Source of the DNA: Cetorhinus maximus
Taxonomy: Eukaryota
Direction of reading: 5' to 3'
Assembly (NCBI RefSeq): GCF_964194155.1
Contig: NC_135901.1
Location: 13,516,001 to 13,580,000, forward strand
DNA: 64,000 nucleotides
Below the pieces are notes generated by a model, which was not told the DNA's origin, did not search any database, and worked only from the letters and a program-made list of their open reading frames with translations. Shown here in pieces: positions 38,191 through 51,479 of the stretch. The position numbers and the translations under genes were made by a program. Each line of letters begins with the position of its first letter. Position 1 is the first letter of the stretch.

Positions 38191-39106
38191 AAGTTAATAA
38201 ACCATATCAATGGGCTGCTGTTTAATATTCTGGATAAATGTCACATAGCATGTCAAACTTTGTTTTTCACACATTGTTGTACAATTTTGTCTTTCCCACC
38301 TGAGTGTTTAACATCACCTGGCTGGAGCTCAGAAAGGACAATCTGAGGGAGGATCATACGGCAGGAACAGAACATTAGCCTGGACACAGCCCTTCAGGGT
38401 CACACTGAGAGGAACAAATGACACTTTGGTCTTTCTCATCTCTCTTCACTGACAGCAAAACCCACATGTGGGTAAGTCCTGAGGTGTGTAAGAAATGTGT
38501 CACAGCCACTTCTATGCAGTACGTACAGCCTAAAGATGACCAAGTTCAGACTGTGTGGAGTCCAAGGCCACATAGAAAAGTGGATGGAAAAATATAAACT
38601 CCCTGTAAATCTAACCCTCTGATTTCTGTTTGGAACCATCGTGGTTCAAAGCTCCTAGGCACAGAGCAGAAGGTTCCTTTACAACTGTGGTTGTTCAACC
38701 TGAGTCAGGCAGTCTGGGAATGTGCTTTTAAATCAGAGATTGATGTAAAACTGTGCTATGTTCCTGACTGAAACTGAAATGGCAGGAATAAGTCTCCAAT
38801 TTAAAAATGACTGTGGTGATTATTCTGAAGTTTTTAAGGTTTATTAATGACAGTCCTGAGTCCACTACTTTAAACCAATGTCAACAACAACTTGTGTTGA
38901 CATAACACCTTTAAAAAGTGAGACATAGTTAAAAATAAATAATGTAAAGTCTGCATTGAAATAACACATGGAGGAATTCAGATGATCCTTTTAACTACTG
39001 GGAGAATTATACAACAGACATCTGATTTCCAGATAAAGAAGGACCTGCACCGTGTTTTCAAGAATTCCCTGTTATATTGATGTGTGTGTGTTAGATCCTA
39101 GGATTT

Positions 39107-39745
39107 TGTTGTAGTCTTCCTCAGTATTAACTGTACTTCCCAATTTGGTAATCAATTAATTCATGTTAGCGGGAAATAAAGGAATACAGTAATGGTCAAG
39201 GGACTTGACTTAAAATATCCCAGCATGCAAAACCACAATTGCTAAGTAGTTAACATTTAAAGTTCAGGCTGGGACAGAGAGAATGCTGAACCTTGCACAT
39301 TCTCAGGGCTTGTGAGCATTAGCAAGGCCATATTGGACGAAGAAGAATGTAAATATGATAGATTGGGAGTTTTGGGAGCTAGACTGGAGTCAGAGGATGG
39401 CAATAACAGATTAAGTGTGCTCTTCAACAGATAGGGGAAGGACAGATGGTTCCAGCTTAGATAGGAAGGCAGGTCTCTGCCTGGGTGAAGGTGGGGTCAG
39501 ATAATGCATGTACTTTTGTACCAGAGACTTGTCTGTTTAACGTAAACCTATATGTTGACGAGATCGAAATCTGGAAATTGTTCTTGTACGTGACCAATAA
39601 TGTATAAATATGATGAACACTTGTAGTTTAGCAGAGTACTTTCTCAAGCTACATTGAGATGGTGCCCTCCTTGCAATTGCTCGAATAAACAATCGTAACC
39701 TGTACCTGAGTCTCCTGTGGTCCGTTCATCAAAGACACCACAACA
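39107..39745 (+). mobile_element. Solo LTR
   Basis: Termini TGTTGT...ACAACA, flanks ATTT/ATTC (near-TSD), TATAAATA at 39603 and AATAAA at 39684. Confidence 0.6.
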
Positions 39746-40959
39746 ATTCATAAATAAATCAGTTCATCACTTCCTCGTGTCATTGTACATTCTGCTACTG
39801 AATTAAAGATTTAATGAATTGTGCAACAAAGTTTTGTTAACTGGGAATTCTTATCTGTGATTTACTGAAATTCTGCTCCCAAATTTTAAAATTGGGTTTC
39901 TGATTTCTGAGTCCAAATTGTTTATGTAAATTGTGAGTAACAGTGGCCCCAGCATTGCTTCCTGTGGAGCATCAATTCCCATCTTTTACCAGTCTGAGTC
40001 ACTTTGCTTAACCTCTGCTCTCTGTTTTCTGTTTTGTAACCAGCTTGTTATCCATAACAGTGTGTACAACCTACAGGGTAACCAAGATCAGGCTGTGTGG
40101 TGTGAAGGTCCAGGTGGCAGAATGGATGGAAAGATGGCTACAAAACAGTATTCAGAGGGTTAGATTTACAGGGAGTTTGGAGCCATCTTTTCATCCATTC
40201 TGCTCTGTGGCCTGACCTTCACCCAGACCATCAATATAAAGGGGTTTATCTGTAATACCGATAGGAAAGTAGGGGCTGCAATTATGCAAAGATGTCCTGT
40301 ATTGTCTAAAATCTCCCACCAGGGCTGATCACCAGGGTGGCCATAGACCGCTCAATATCTATTGATGGCTTAACTTTTTGTTGTTGCTTCTGTTCAAGAT
40401 GTTGTCCATTATAGATTAAGGTTCAGAGAAAGTGCTGGAATTAGATAGTCAAAACTGCTTTGAGTCCCTGGAGCGTAATGTTTACTTGAATTTCTATAAC
40501 ATTTTGGTCCTTACAGACACTGATACTTTATCCCCAGTCCTAGTCAGTAGTCAGGTTGGCGGTGTGAGGCAAAACCTGGTCCACCTGATCGATAGGAAGT
40601 GTATCCATGTGGGTTTGTGTGTGTGTGTGTGTGTCAAACCAAGTGGAAGGTCCGATGTCCTTTGTAACAACATGAAGAGTCTTTTTTTCCAGATCCCTTC
40701 CTTTCCTCTCACTATTATCCTCAGTTAGTTTAGAAAATCCTTCTGTACATCATCTTCCAACATGCTACTGTCTCCACTAAATACTTCCATCAGTCTTACT
40801 AGCAATGGGATCACTGATATCACAGGAATCAGTTCTGAAATACTGTCACTCTGATTTAAAGTCTTCCTGGAGTAAGACATTGATCCAGATCTTCCCACCT
40901 AACACCAATCCATATTCCCATCTGAGTTCCAGATTTTAATGTGATTGTCCCATATGTTT

Positions 40960-41330
40960 AGCATCCGTTCATCTGTGAGAGATGATGGGAATGCAGCCTC
41001 AGAACTTTGGTGAGATCAGATGAGATGATCTGCTGCACTCCATCTGATGGCTGAACAAGCCGATACTGTAAAGGCAAAAGTGCCCCGTATGAAGGTATTC
41101 CCTACTCCTGTTGTGGGATTATCTCTGCTGACACCTTGATTGTCTGTGTTGGAGTTTCTGAAACCACATGTCGCTGTGGTGGTGAACTCCTGCCCACAGC
41201 TGGTGTTTCCAATTGCATCAATCATTAGTTAGCTTCCCACTTGTCATGATTAATGTCGAGGGCTTTCATGTCTCATCTTTGAAGCTTTGATGTGATTGTG
41301 CAATATAGAAAACATATCAAACTCCTTTAA
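40960..41330 (-). mobile_element. Possible RTE-clade LINE 3' remnant
   Basis: Degenerate ..RDMKALDINHDKWE.. reading and an RTE-like tail, by eye only. Confidence 0.35.
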
Positions 41331-41389
41331 ACCTGTTTCAGCACATTCCCTTCACACATATTACAACAGATTGTCTTTGAGATCAGTTT

Positions 41390-42500
41390 TTCCTTTACAT
41401 TCTGTGTTGTTCTGAATGATGACAGTATTAATCTTCTCCCTAACCTGTCCTAAACCCTCCTGCCTGTTCATTTATTGAAACCAAGGACTCCCCTTGTTGT
41501 GGTGACATTCCCTGTCTGCCCAGTTATTCCTTTAAGTTTGTGCCTCGTTTCACCATGTTCCCAAATTTCAGTAATAAATGTTGAAATGTTTGCTCCACGT
41601 CCACAGGGTTTCATCTGTTTAAAGCCAAAAACAGAAAGGTCCCAGCTTTCTCCTGGAGTTTGGGACAAATCAGTTTTCAAAATGATGCAGAGTTTCAGCC
41701 AATGAGGGAGACCCGCGCTCGACCCCGCCCCTCATTCACTCCGATTGGTTGGAGGGCCAACCGCACCCCCTTGATCCTGCAGTCCCGCCCCCATTCACCA
41801 TTGGTCCGGAGCTGCCGTCAATCACCTGGACATTGTGACGTTTGCATGTGCAGTGTGGCTGCTGGAACTGGACATCAGTGCGCAGGTGCAGTCCCGCCTC
41901 GAGTTTGGAGCATGTGCAGTGTGAGTGAGGGCGACGGAAAGCTGCTTGTTTGTCAGGTCCGCAGCCGGTAAGATAAAGGGCGGAATTGAGGGAGAGATGC
42001 AGCCGGCCGGTGGACGGGCAGGTTTCGTAAACACCTTGAGCCGTTCTGAAGCCAGAATAACAAGCTACCGGTTCCTCGCTGGTATCTGTGGGCGGCAGTT
42101 CCCCCGATCCGCGTCCCTAGGTGAGAGACCCGGGTTAACGGCCGCCATCTTGTGCAGCAGGGCGCATGCGCGATCATCCCTGTCCCTGTCAACAGGAGGA
42201 GATGATATTGTGTATTTCTATCCTGGACTGACAGGGATGGATTTTGGAAACTCCTTTTACAGGGGATTAGAAGGGGAAGATTTACACACAGCAAACTCAA
42301 CTCAAGAGAAATGTTTGTCCCTTCTCAGTGTCTATCCTGGATTTATCGTGACGGTTATTGTAAACTTACAGGGCACTGGAAGTGGAGGATTGACAGACGG
42401 GAAACTCAAACCAAACATCACATCAACATCTGACAGAGTCACTCGATTAATCAGGACCTAAATATCATCAAAGTTTGAATGTGGAAGTGAAACAGTTTGT
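41390..42500 (+). promoter_or_regulatory. Promoter duplicon and leader exon modules of the ZNF at 44213
   Basis: CCAAT/GC cluster at 41695-41810, YY1-like CGGCCGCCATCTT at about 42139, NRF1-like at 42162 and acceptor modules at 42260 and 42370. Confidence 0.65.
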
Positions 42501-42689
42501 CTGTAGGCAAAGGTTTCAGGTAAGTATGTGAATAATGAACTGGGGGAAAGCCAATTTCCGTGGGGTAAGAATGGATCTGACCCAATTAAGTTAGAATCAA
42601 AGGTTGGCAGGTGAAACTGGAACTGAAAAATTGGCTGCCTTTGAAAAAGAGGTAGTTTAGACACAGTCAAGGTTTATTCCCACAAGGCA

Positions 42690-43180
42690 AAAGATAGGGG
42701 CAAGAAGTCCAGAGCTCTCACGATGACTAAAACGACAGAGATTAAGATGAAGAAGAAAAAATGTGCTTCTTGCAGATGTCAGGTGTAAAATAGAACTAAG
42801 CTGAATAAAAAAAGTTCAAAGCAGAATTGGAAAAGCAATTAAGAGAAGCAAAGAGAGAGTATGAAAAGAGATTAGCAGGTAACTTAAAAATTAAAATGTC
42901 TTCTGTAGGCATACAACTAGGTAAAGGGTGATAAAGGTATGGGTGGGGCTGATTAGGGACCACAAAGGGGATTTACACATAGAGGCAAGGGGCATAGCTG
43001 AGGTATTAAACTAACAATTTGCACCTGCCTTTACCAAAGAAAAAGACGTTGCACAGGTCCTGATGAGAAAGGAGATAGCTGAGACCCTGGAAGGGTTTAA
43101 AATTGATGAGATATTGGATAAGCTGTCTGTACTGAAAGATAGACAAGGTACCAGGATGGTTTCCATCCACAGATACTGAG
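42690..43180 (+). mobile_element. CR1 ORF2 mid-region fragment
   Basis: AKREYEKRLAG and AEVLN.QFAPAFTKE readings. Confidence 0.55.
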
Positions 43181-44212
43181 GGACCGGAATCTCAGGAGGC
43201 TTCACACCGCTGGCTGCTCGTGAGGAAGTGATCTCCGATCAGATTAATGTGCTTCTGCTGTGAGTATTTAATAAAGTGTCCGAACCTCTCATTGTGCTTC
43301 CTGTCCAATATCCCCCTTGCCATGGATCTTCCAATTTACCAACTGGGGGAAAAAAATGGCTGTTCACTGATTGGTCTCGATGGCGGCTGGTTTATCTAGA
43401 ATGCCCTGTGGGTCAGAAAGTCCCCTATCAATGAGAACAGGAACCCAGAGCGCCAGCGTGGGGACCGGGCTGTGCTCTGAGGCAGGGGCACAGCTGGGCG
43501 ATGTTACTGAGGTGGAAATGGGTGGTTTTAGTGATTTGTAGTGAGTAGCTCAGCTTGGGCTGAAATTTGACAACAAGATTGTGAATAGTCTGGTTCAGCC
43601 TCAGAGAGCTGCAAGAGGGATGGAGTCGGTGGTTAGGGAGTGGAGACAATGGCTTTCATCTTCCCAACATTTAAATGGAGGAAATTTCTGCTCATCCAGT
43701 ACTGGATGTCAGACAAGTTAGGACAGTGTGTGAGTTGGAGGTGATGGTGTTCATTGACACCTGTTACCTTCGTACTTCTAGGTAGGGGATGTTGAGGGTT
43801 TGGGATATTCTGCCAAAGTTCTGGTTGAGCTGAAGATGTATTGAACACATCTTCACCCCCTGCACCTCCCACCTCTCTCTTTCATCCCATGGAGGCCAGA
43901 GTCTTGTGTAGACCCAGACCAGGTGGCAGGTTCCATTCCCTGAAGGACATTAGTGAACCAGTTGGGTTTTTATGACAATCCGGCAGTTTTCATGGTCACT
44001 TTTCCCTCATGCCGGCCCCACAAATTACCAGATTCATTCAGCTCAATTTCACAACCTGCATTTGTGTTTTTGTGGATTCTCTCTCACACCTTTTTTTCTG
44101 TTTTAAATCAATTTCACAGGGTATTAGAAGGGGAGGATTTGCAGTCAGGAAACAGAAACAAAACATCACAGCAGAATCTGACATTCGCCCTGAATATCAT
44201 TTGATTTTGAAC

Positions 44213-45334
44213 ATGGAAGGAGAAAGTACCGTTCACAGTGGAGAGAAATCGTACATGTGTCCTGTGTGTGGACGAGGCTTCAACCGATCATCTGGCCTGT
44301 CAAGACACAAGCGCAGCCACATCGGGGAGAAACCATGGAAATGTGGGGACTGTGGGAAGGGATTCAGATTCCCGTCAGAGCTGGAAGAGCATCGGCGCAG
44401 TCACACTGGGGAGAGGCCGTTCACTTGCTCAACGTGTGGGAAGGGATTTACTCTTTCAAGCTACCTGTTGAGCCACCAGCGAGTTCACAGTGAAGAGAGA
44501 CCTTTTAAATGCCCAGACTGTGGGAAGTGCTTTAAAAGTTCCTGTGAGCTGATGTCCCATCAACGTGTTCACACTGACGAGAGACCATTTAAATGCTCTC
44601 ACTGCGGTACTGGGTTCAGGCGATCATCTCAACTCACTGTACACCAGCGAATTCACACTGGGGAGAGGCCGTTCACCTGCCCCGAGTGTGGGAAGGGATT
44701 CACTCAGTCATCCCACCTGCTGACACACCAGCAAGTTCACACAGGGGAGAGACCTTTCATCTGCTCTGAGTGTGGGAAGGGATTCACTGCCTCATCCTAC
44801 CTGCTGAGACACCAGCGAGTTCACACTGGGGAGAAGCCATTCACCTGCCCCCAGTGTGAGAAGGGATTCACTCAGTTATCTAGCCAGCTGAGACACCAGC
44901 GAGTTCACACTGGGGAGAAGCCATTCACCTGCCCCCAGTGTGGGAAGGGATTCACTCAGTTATCTAGCCTGCTGACACACCAGCAAATTCACACTGGGGA
45001 GAGGCCATTCATCTGCCCTCAGTGTGGGAAGAGATTCACTACCTCATCCAACCTGCTGGCACACCAACGAATTCACACTGGGGAGAGGCCGTTCACTTGC
45101 CCCCAGTGTGGGAAGGCATTTATTCATCCATCCCACCTGCTGACACACCAACGAATTCACACTGGGGAGAGACCATTCACCTGCCCCCATTGTGGGAAGG
45201 GATTCACTACCTCATTCAAGCTGCTGGCACACCAACGAATTCACACTGGGGAGAGGCCATTCACCTGCCCTCAGTGTGGGAAGGGATTCACTACCTCATC
45301 CAACCTGCTGACACACCAGCGAGTTCACAAGTAA
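44213..45334 (+). CDS. C2H2 zinc-finger protein, 13 fingers, no KRAB
   Basis: [19 protein letters not shown]...HQRVHK*. Acceptor TTTCACAG at about 44118. The part of the track ORF from 44009 is intron or SINE. Confidence 0.9.
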   Translation: MEGESTVHSGEKSYMCPVCGRGFNRSSGLSRHKRSHIGEKPWKCGDCGKGFRFPSELEEHRRSHTGERPFTCSTCGKGFTLSSYLLSHQRVHSEERPFKCPDCGKCFKSSCELMSHQRVHTDERPFKCSHCGTGFRRSSQLTVHQRIHTGERPFTCPECGKGFTQSSHLLTHQQVHTGERPFICSECGKGFTASSYLLRHQRVHTGEKPFTCPQCEKGFTQLSSQLRHQRVHTGEKPFTCPQCGKGFTQLSSLLTHQQIHTGERPFICPQCGKRFTTSSNLLAHQRIHTGERPFTCPQCGKAFIHPSHLLTHQRIHTGERPFTCPHCGKGFTTSFKLLAHQRIHTGERPFTCPQCGKGFTTSSNLLTHQRVHK

Positions 45335-45889
45335 CTAAAGTGGTGGGATTTTGCTGTTAATCACATCCAGGTCTGAACCATGTTCATTGGGATCTGTTCC
45401 TGCTGATGTTAATAAACTACAGACCACTTAGGAGGGCGAATATTCTGGATAAATATCAAATAAATTAGTTTTGTGTTAAAGACACGATGTGTTGAATCTT
45501 TTTAAATCTCTAACACAAGTTCATTCCTTTTGAAATGCTCTCCCTCCATCCTCACCCCCAACAACTGGTGTGAGGATCTCATGGAGCTTCTTTGTCACTA
45601 AGATTGAGACAATCGGATGAGCTGCCTCTGTTGCTTCCCTCCTTTCCACTCGCCCTCCCTAAAGTTCCCCAATACCTGAGCCCTGAACTCACATCTTTCT
45701 GTAGTTTCCCTTCCATCTCCCCTCATGCCCTCTCAGAGCTCATCTTGTCCATGAAATTCATCTCTTGCTCTATTGACCCTACACCCACTAAACTACTGAT
45801 CACTCAACTTCCCCATTTTCACTGAATATGTCGACAGTTTTCTCTCTCAAGTCCTGTCCATCTTTCCTTCAAATCTGCCATCATTATAC

Positions 45890-47700
45890 CCATAGAACTA
45901 TAGAAAAGTTACAGCACAGAAGGAGGCCATTTGGCCCATCTTGTCCATGCCAGCCCGAGGACACCCAGGTGCCCTTTCTAATCCCACCTTCCTGCACCAG
46001 GCCCATAGCCCTGTAGCTTACATCACTTAAGGTGCAGATCCAGGTACTTTTTAAAGGAGTTTAAAGTTTCTGCCTCAACCACCAACTTGGGCAGCGAATT
46101 CCAGACACCCACTACCCTCTGCGTAAAAAAGTTCTTCCTCATGTTCCCCCCTACACCTTCTGCCACTTATCTTGAATCTACGGTCCCCTGAATCTAGAAT
46201 TCTCTACCATGGGAAACAATTTTATCCTGTCCACTCTATCTATTCCCTTCATAATTTTGTACACCTCAATCAAGTCACCTCTCAGCCTTCTTTGTTCTAA
46301 GGAAAATAACCCCAACCTATCCAATCTCTCCTCATAGTTACACTTTTCTAACCCTGGCAACATTCTTGTAAACCTCCTCTGTACTCTCTCCAGAGCTATT
46401 ATGTCCTTCCCATAATGTGGTGACCAGAACTGCACACAACACTCCAGTTGTGGCCTCTCCAGTGTTTTATACAATTCCAACATTGTATCCTTACTTTTAT
46501 ATTCTATACCTCTGCCAATGAAGGAGAGCATTCCATATGCCTTCTTTACAACCTTGTCTACTTGAACTGCTGCCTTCAGGGACCTGTGTACTTGTACGCC
46601 AAGATCTCTCACTTCATCTACCCCTCTCAGTATATTCCCATTTATTGTGTAATCCTTGTAACTGTTTGATCTCCCTAAATGTATGACCTCACACTTATCT
46701 ATGTTAAAATCCATCTGCCACTTTACCGCCCACTCCACCAACCCATCTATATTGTTTTAGAGATTATGGCTATCCTTTACACTATCCACTACTCCGCCAA
46801 TCTTTGTGTTAGCTGCAAATTTCCCAATTGTCCCCCCACGTTCACGTCCAAATCATTAATATATAACACAAACAGCAAAGGTCCCAACACTGAGCCCTGT
46901 GGAACACCACTTGAGACAACATTCCATTCGCAAGGGCATCCATCGAACATTACTCTTTGTTTCCTGTTACAAAGCCAACCTTTTATCCAGTTTGCAACAT
47001 TACCCTGAATCCCATGGGCTTTTACTTTCCTGACCAATCTGCCGTGTGGGACCTTGTCAAATGCCTTGCTAAAATCCATGTACACAACATCCACTGTACT
47101 ACCTTCATCAACCCTTCTTGTCACTTCTTCAAAGAATTCAATCAAATTTGTGAGGCAAGACCTTTCTTTAACAAATCCATGCTGACCATCCCTGACTAGC
47201 CCATGCCTTTCCACATGACAGTTAATCCTATCTCTCAGGATTGATTCTGCTAATTTGCTCACCACCGATGTAAGACAAACTGGCCTATAATTGTTTGGCA
47301 TTTCCTTTGATCCCTTTTTAAACAATGGAACTATGTTTGCATTTCTCCAGTCCTCCGGTACCTCCCCTGTATCTAGTGAAGATTGGAAAATCATCCTCAG
47401 AGCATCTGCTATCTCCTCCCTGACTTCCTTCAGCAGCCTTGGAAACAATCCATCTGGCCCTGGTGACTTATCAACTTTCAAGGGTTTCAACCCTTCGAGT
47501 ACTTCCTCTCTCTTTATGACTATCCAGTCCAATATCTCGCAGTGTTCCTCCTGGACTACTATATTTCCATCCTCCCTTTCCTTCGTAAACATGGAGACAA
47601 AATATTCATTCAAAACCCTTCCCACAGCCTCTGCATCTACACACAAGTTTCCATCTTCATCTCTGATAGGTCCCTTTTTCCTTAACTAACCTTTTAGCCT
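45890..47700 (-). mobile_element. Relatively young CR1 LINE, 5'-truncated (RT domain with one frameshift)
   Basis: ORFs 46789-47646 and 46178-46741 ([42 protein letters not shown]). Tail TTCTATAGTTCTATG. Confidence 0.9.
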
Positions 47701-48589
47701 TCTTGAACCGCTGCAGTCTATGTGGTGTCGGTACGCACACAGTGCTGTTAGGGAGGGAGTTCCACGATTTTGACCCAGCGACAGTGAAGGAACGACGATA
47801 TATTTCCAAGTCAGGATGGTGTGTGGCTTGGGGGGGGATCTTCCAGGTGGTGGTGTTACTATCTATCTGCAGCCCTTGTCCTTCTAGATGGCAGAGGTCT
47901 CAGCTTTGGAAGGAGCCTTGGTGAGTTGCTGCAGTGCATCTTGTAGATGGTACACATACTGTGTGAAGTTAAAGCACGTTGCTTGCAATCTCGATGTCAT
48001 ATTTGATCAGAAGGTGAGCTTCTGACCACAAATCTGCACTATCACTAAGACTGCCCATTTCCACCTCAGTAACATCGCCTGACTTTGCCCCTGTTTCAGC
48101 TCATCTGCTTCTGAAACTTACATCCATCAAACTGTTAACTTTAAACTTGATTATTCTAACACAATCGTGACCGGCCTCCCATATTCTACCTCCAGTAAAC
48201 GTGAGATCATCCAAAAGTCTGCTGTCTATATCCTCACTCACACCAAGTCCCATTCGCCTACCATCCCATGCTTGCTGACCCACATTGGCTCCCGGTTCAG
48301 CAGCACCTCAATTTTAAAATGCTGATCCTTGTTTTCAAATCTCTCCATGGCCTCCCCTCTCCCAATCTCTATAATCTCCTCCAGCCCTACAACCCTCCAG
48401 GATCTCTGGGCCCAAGAACTGTCCCACATTCCCACCAAAGCTACACATCGATCCGCAGGAGCCTCCAGCCTGGAACTCGGAGTGGGAGAAGGGGGAAGAA
48501 TGAGGAGACACAATATAGTCTGACACTCACAGCAACCTACAGTCTATTTATATTAATGGGATAGTGAGGCGGTTCAGAAACAATTAATT

Positions 48590-49255
48590 GAACTACAGAA
48601 AAGGTATGGCACAGAAAGAGGCCATTCAGCCCATCGTATCTATGCAGGCCGAAAAATAAAAAACTAGCCACCCATTCTAATCCTACCTTCCTGCACATGC
48701 TCCGTAGCCTTGCAGGTTACAGCACTTTGGATGCAGACCCAGGTACCTTTTAAATGAGTTGAGGGTTTCTGCCTCCACCGTCAAACCAAGCAGTGAATTC
48801 CAAACACCCACCACACTCTGGGTGAAGAGATTTTTCCTTAAGTCCCCTCTAATCTTCCTACCAAATCACGTTAAATCTATGGACCCTGGTAACTGACCTC
48901 TCAGCTAGGGAAAACAAGCCTTTACTGTCTATGCTATCGGGGCCCCTCATAATTTTGTGTACCTCAATTACGTCACCCCTCAGCCTCCTCTGTTCTAAGG
49001 AAAACAACCCTAGCCGATCCAATCTTTCTTCATAGCTGCAATTTTCCGGCCCTGGCAACATTCTTGTAAATCTGTCCTGCCACCTTCAGAGACCAGTGGA
49101 CTTGCAGTCCAAGGTCTCTCACTCCCTTCAGCCCTCTCAATATCCTCCTGTTTACTGAGTATTCCCTTGCTTTGTTTGCTTTCCCCAAATGCATTACCTT
49201 GCACTTTTCTGGATTTAATTTCATTTGCCCTTTTCTGACCACTCACCAACACAAT
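48590..49255 (-). mobile_element. CR1 LINE 3' fragment
   Basis: ORFs 48858-49061 and 49030-49242. Confidence 0.75.
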
Positions 49256-49359
49256 TCCTGTAGAAGATCTCATCAGGAAAACATTTTAGTTTCCCTTCTG
49301 TAAATCCTCCCCTTCTAACCCCCTGTAAAAGGAGTTTCCAAAATCCATTCCTGTCAGTC

Positions 49360-50812
49360 AGTGAGGCAAGTCTGGCCACAGGAGAGGTGCCAGAGGACTG
49401 GAGGACAGCCAATGTGGTCCCGTCATTCAAGAATGCAGGAAGGGATAAACCAGGGAACTACAGGCTAGTCAGTCTAACCTTAGTGGTGGGGAAACTATTG
49501 GAAGCAATTCTGGGGGATGGAATTAATCTACACTTGGAGAGGCAGGGATTAAACAAGAACAGTCAGCATGGTTTTGTTTAGGGGAGGTCATGTCTGGCCA
49601 ATTTGATTGAATTTTCTAAAGAGGTGACCAGGTGTGCAGATGAGGGCAATGCATTATGACGTAGTCTACTTGGACTTCGGCAAGGCTTTTGATAAGGGCC
49701 CACATGAGAGACTGATAATGAAGGTAAGAGCCCATGGGATCCAGGGCAATTTGGCAAATTGGATCCAGAATTGGCTGAGTGGCAGGAAGCAGAGGGTGAT
49801 GGTCGAGGGGTGTTTTTGTGACTGAATGCCTGTGTCCAGCGGGGTTCCACAGGGATCAGTGTTGGGTCTCTTGCTGTTTGCAGTATATATAAACGATTTA
49901 GACTTGAATGTAGGAGAATTGATCAGTAAGTTCATGGATGACACGAAAATTGGTGGGGTGGTAAATAGTGAGGAGGATAGCCTTAGATTGCAGGAGGATA
50001 TAGTCAGGCTGGTCAGTTGCAAATGGAATTTAATCCAGATAAGTTTGAGGTGATGCACTTGGTATAGGACAAACAAGGCACGGGAATACACGATGAATGG
50101 TAGCACCCTGGGAAGTACCGAGGATCAGGGGGACCTTGGTGTGCACGTCCAATGGTCCCATAAGGTAGCTGAACAGGTAGATAAGGCATATGGGATACTT
50201 TCCTTTATTAGCCGAGGCATAGAATATAAGAGCAGGGAGGTTATGTTGGAACGGTATAAAATGCTGGTTTGGCCAGTTAGAGTGTTGCCTTTAGTTCTGG
50301 AATCCGAATTATAGGAAGGATGTGATTGCACTAGACAGAGTGCAGAGGAGATTTACCAGGATGTTGCCTGGGCTGGAGAGTTTTAGTTATGAGGAGAGAT
50401 TGGATAGACTGGGGTTATTTTCCCTGGAGCAGAGGAGATTGAGGGAGGACATGATTGAGGTGTATAAAGTTATGTGGGGCAGAGATAGGGTAGACAGGAA
50501 GGGACTTTTCCCCTTGATGGAGGGATCAATAACCAGGGGGCATAGATTAAAGGTAAGGGGAAGGAGGATTAGAGGGGATTTGAGGAAGGATTTTTTCACC
50601 CAGAGGGTAGTGGGAGTCTGGAATTCACTGCCTGAAAGGGTGGTAGAGGCAGATACCCTCATAACATTTAATTTGGATGTGCACTTGCGATGCCATGGCA
50701 TACAAGGCCATGGGCCTCCTGCTGGAAAATGGGATTAGAATTAGGTACTTGTTTGACCCACGCAGACTCGACGGGCCAAAGGACCTTTTTCTGTGCTGTC
50801 GACCTCTATGAC
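49360..50812 (+). mobile_element. CR1 LINE fragment inserted into a ZNF leader module
   Basis: [26 protein letters not shown] and FTQRVV motifs. The module motif CTGTCAGTC / CAGGATAGAAATT is split across the two ends. Confidence 0.8.
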
Positions 50813-51245
50813 CCCAGGATAGAAATTTACAACATTCTCTCCTGCTGACAGGGATGACCGCGCATGCGCCCAGCTGCACATTGCCCTCCCCCCATAAACC
50901 CGGGTCCAGCAGGAGCTCGGAGCTGCCGCCCGCTGGGTATAAAGGCGGGACTGGGAGTTTGTTATTCGAGGTCTGAAGCTTAAACAGGGTATTTAAGAAG
51001 CCTTCCCGCCGCCACCTCCCCCCACACGGGTTCCATTCCTCTCCGCCCGCCCGCCGGCTCCGCTCCTCCCTTCGGCTCCGCTCCTCCCTTGACGTTTCTC
51101 ACCTGATCTTGATCGAATTGAAATGAGGCCGTCCAATTTCAACAATCAAACTGCGCATGCTCCAGTCACAGCCCCGCCCAGCGCGGTGTCTCCTGTCGTG
51201 AAGATAGGGCACAATCTGGGCCCCGGGGAATGCTGGGGAATAGCA
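50813..51245 (-). promoter_or_regulatory. Orphan ZNF promoter and first-exon module
   Basis: NRF1-like sites at 50860 and 51152, ZNF143-like at 51222-51240. The acceptor module is at 49280-49355, but no finger exon follows. Confidence 0.55.
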
Positions 51246-51479
51246 TCGCCATTAAATATCAATCTTTCAATAAACTCGAAATATCATTTTCATTCGATTG
51301 GAATTGCAGCCAAAGAGTTCGGATAATCTCGAAGTTGGGGGATGATAGGAAACTTGGAAGAATTGTAAACTTTGAGAAGCACAATGTTGAACTTCAAAAG
51401 GACGGAGGCAAGTTTGTGGAGTGGACAGATAGGTGGCAGATGATGTTCATTGCGGAGAAGTGTGAGGTGATTTTTGTTT

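Noticed and set aside
44009-44212. 68-aa N-terminal extension of the ZNF as an effector domain
   Set aside because: It overlaps SINE and intron sequence and the acceptor, and its frame is not conserved in paralogs.
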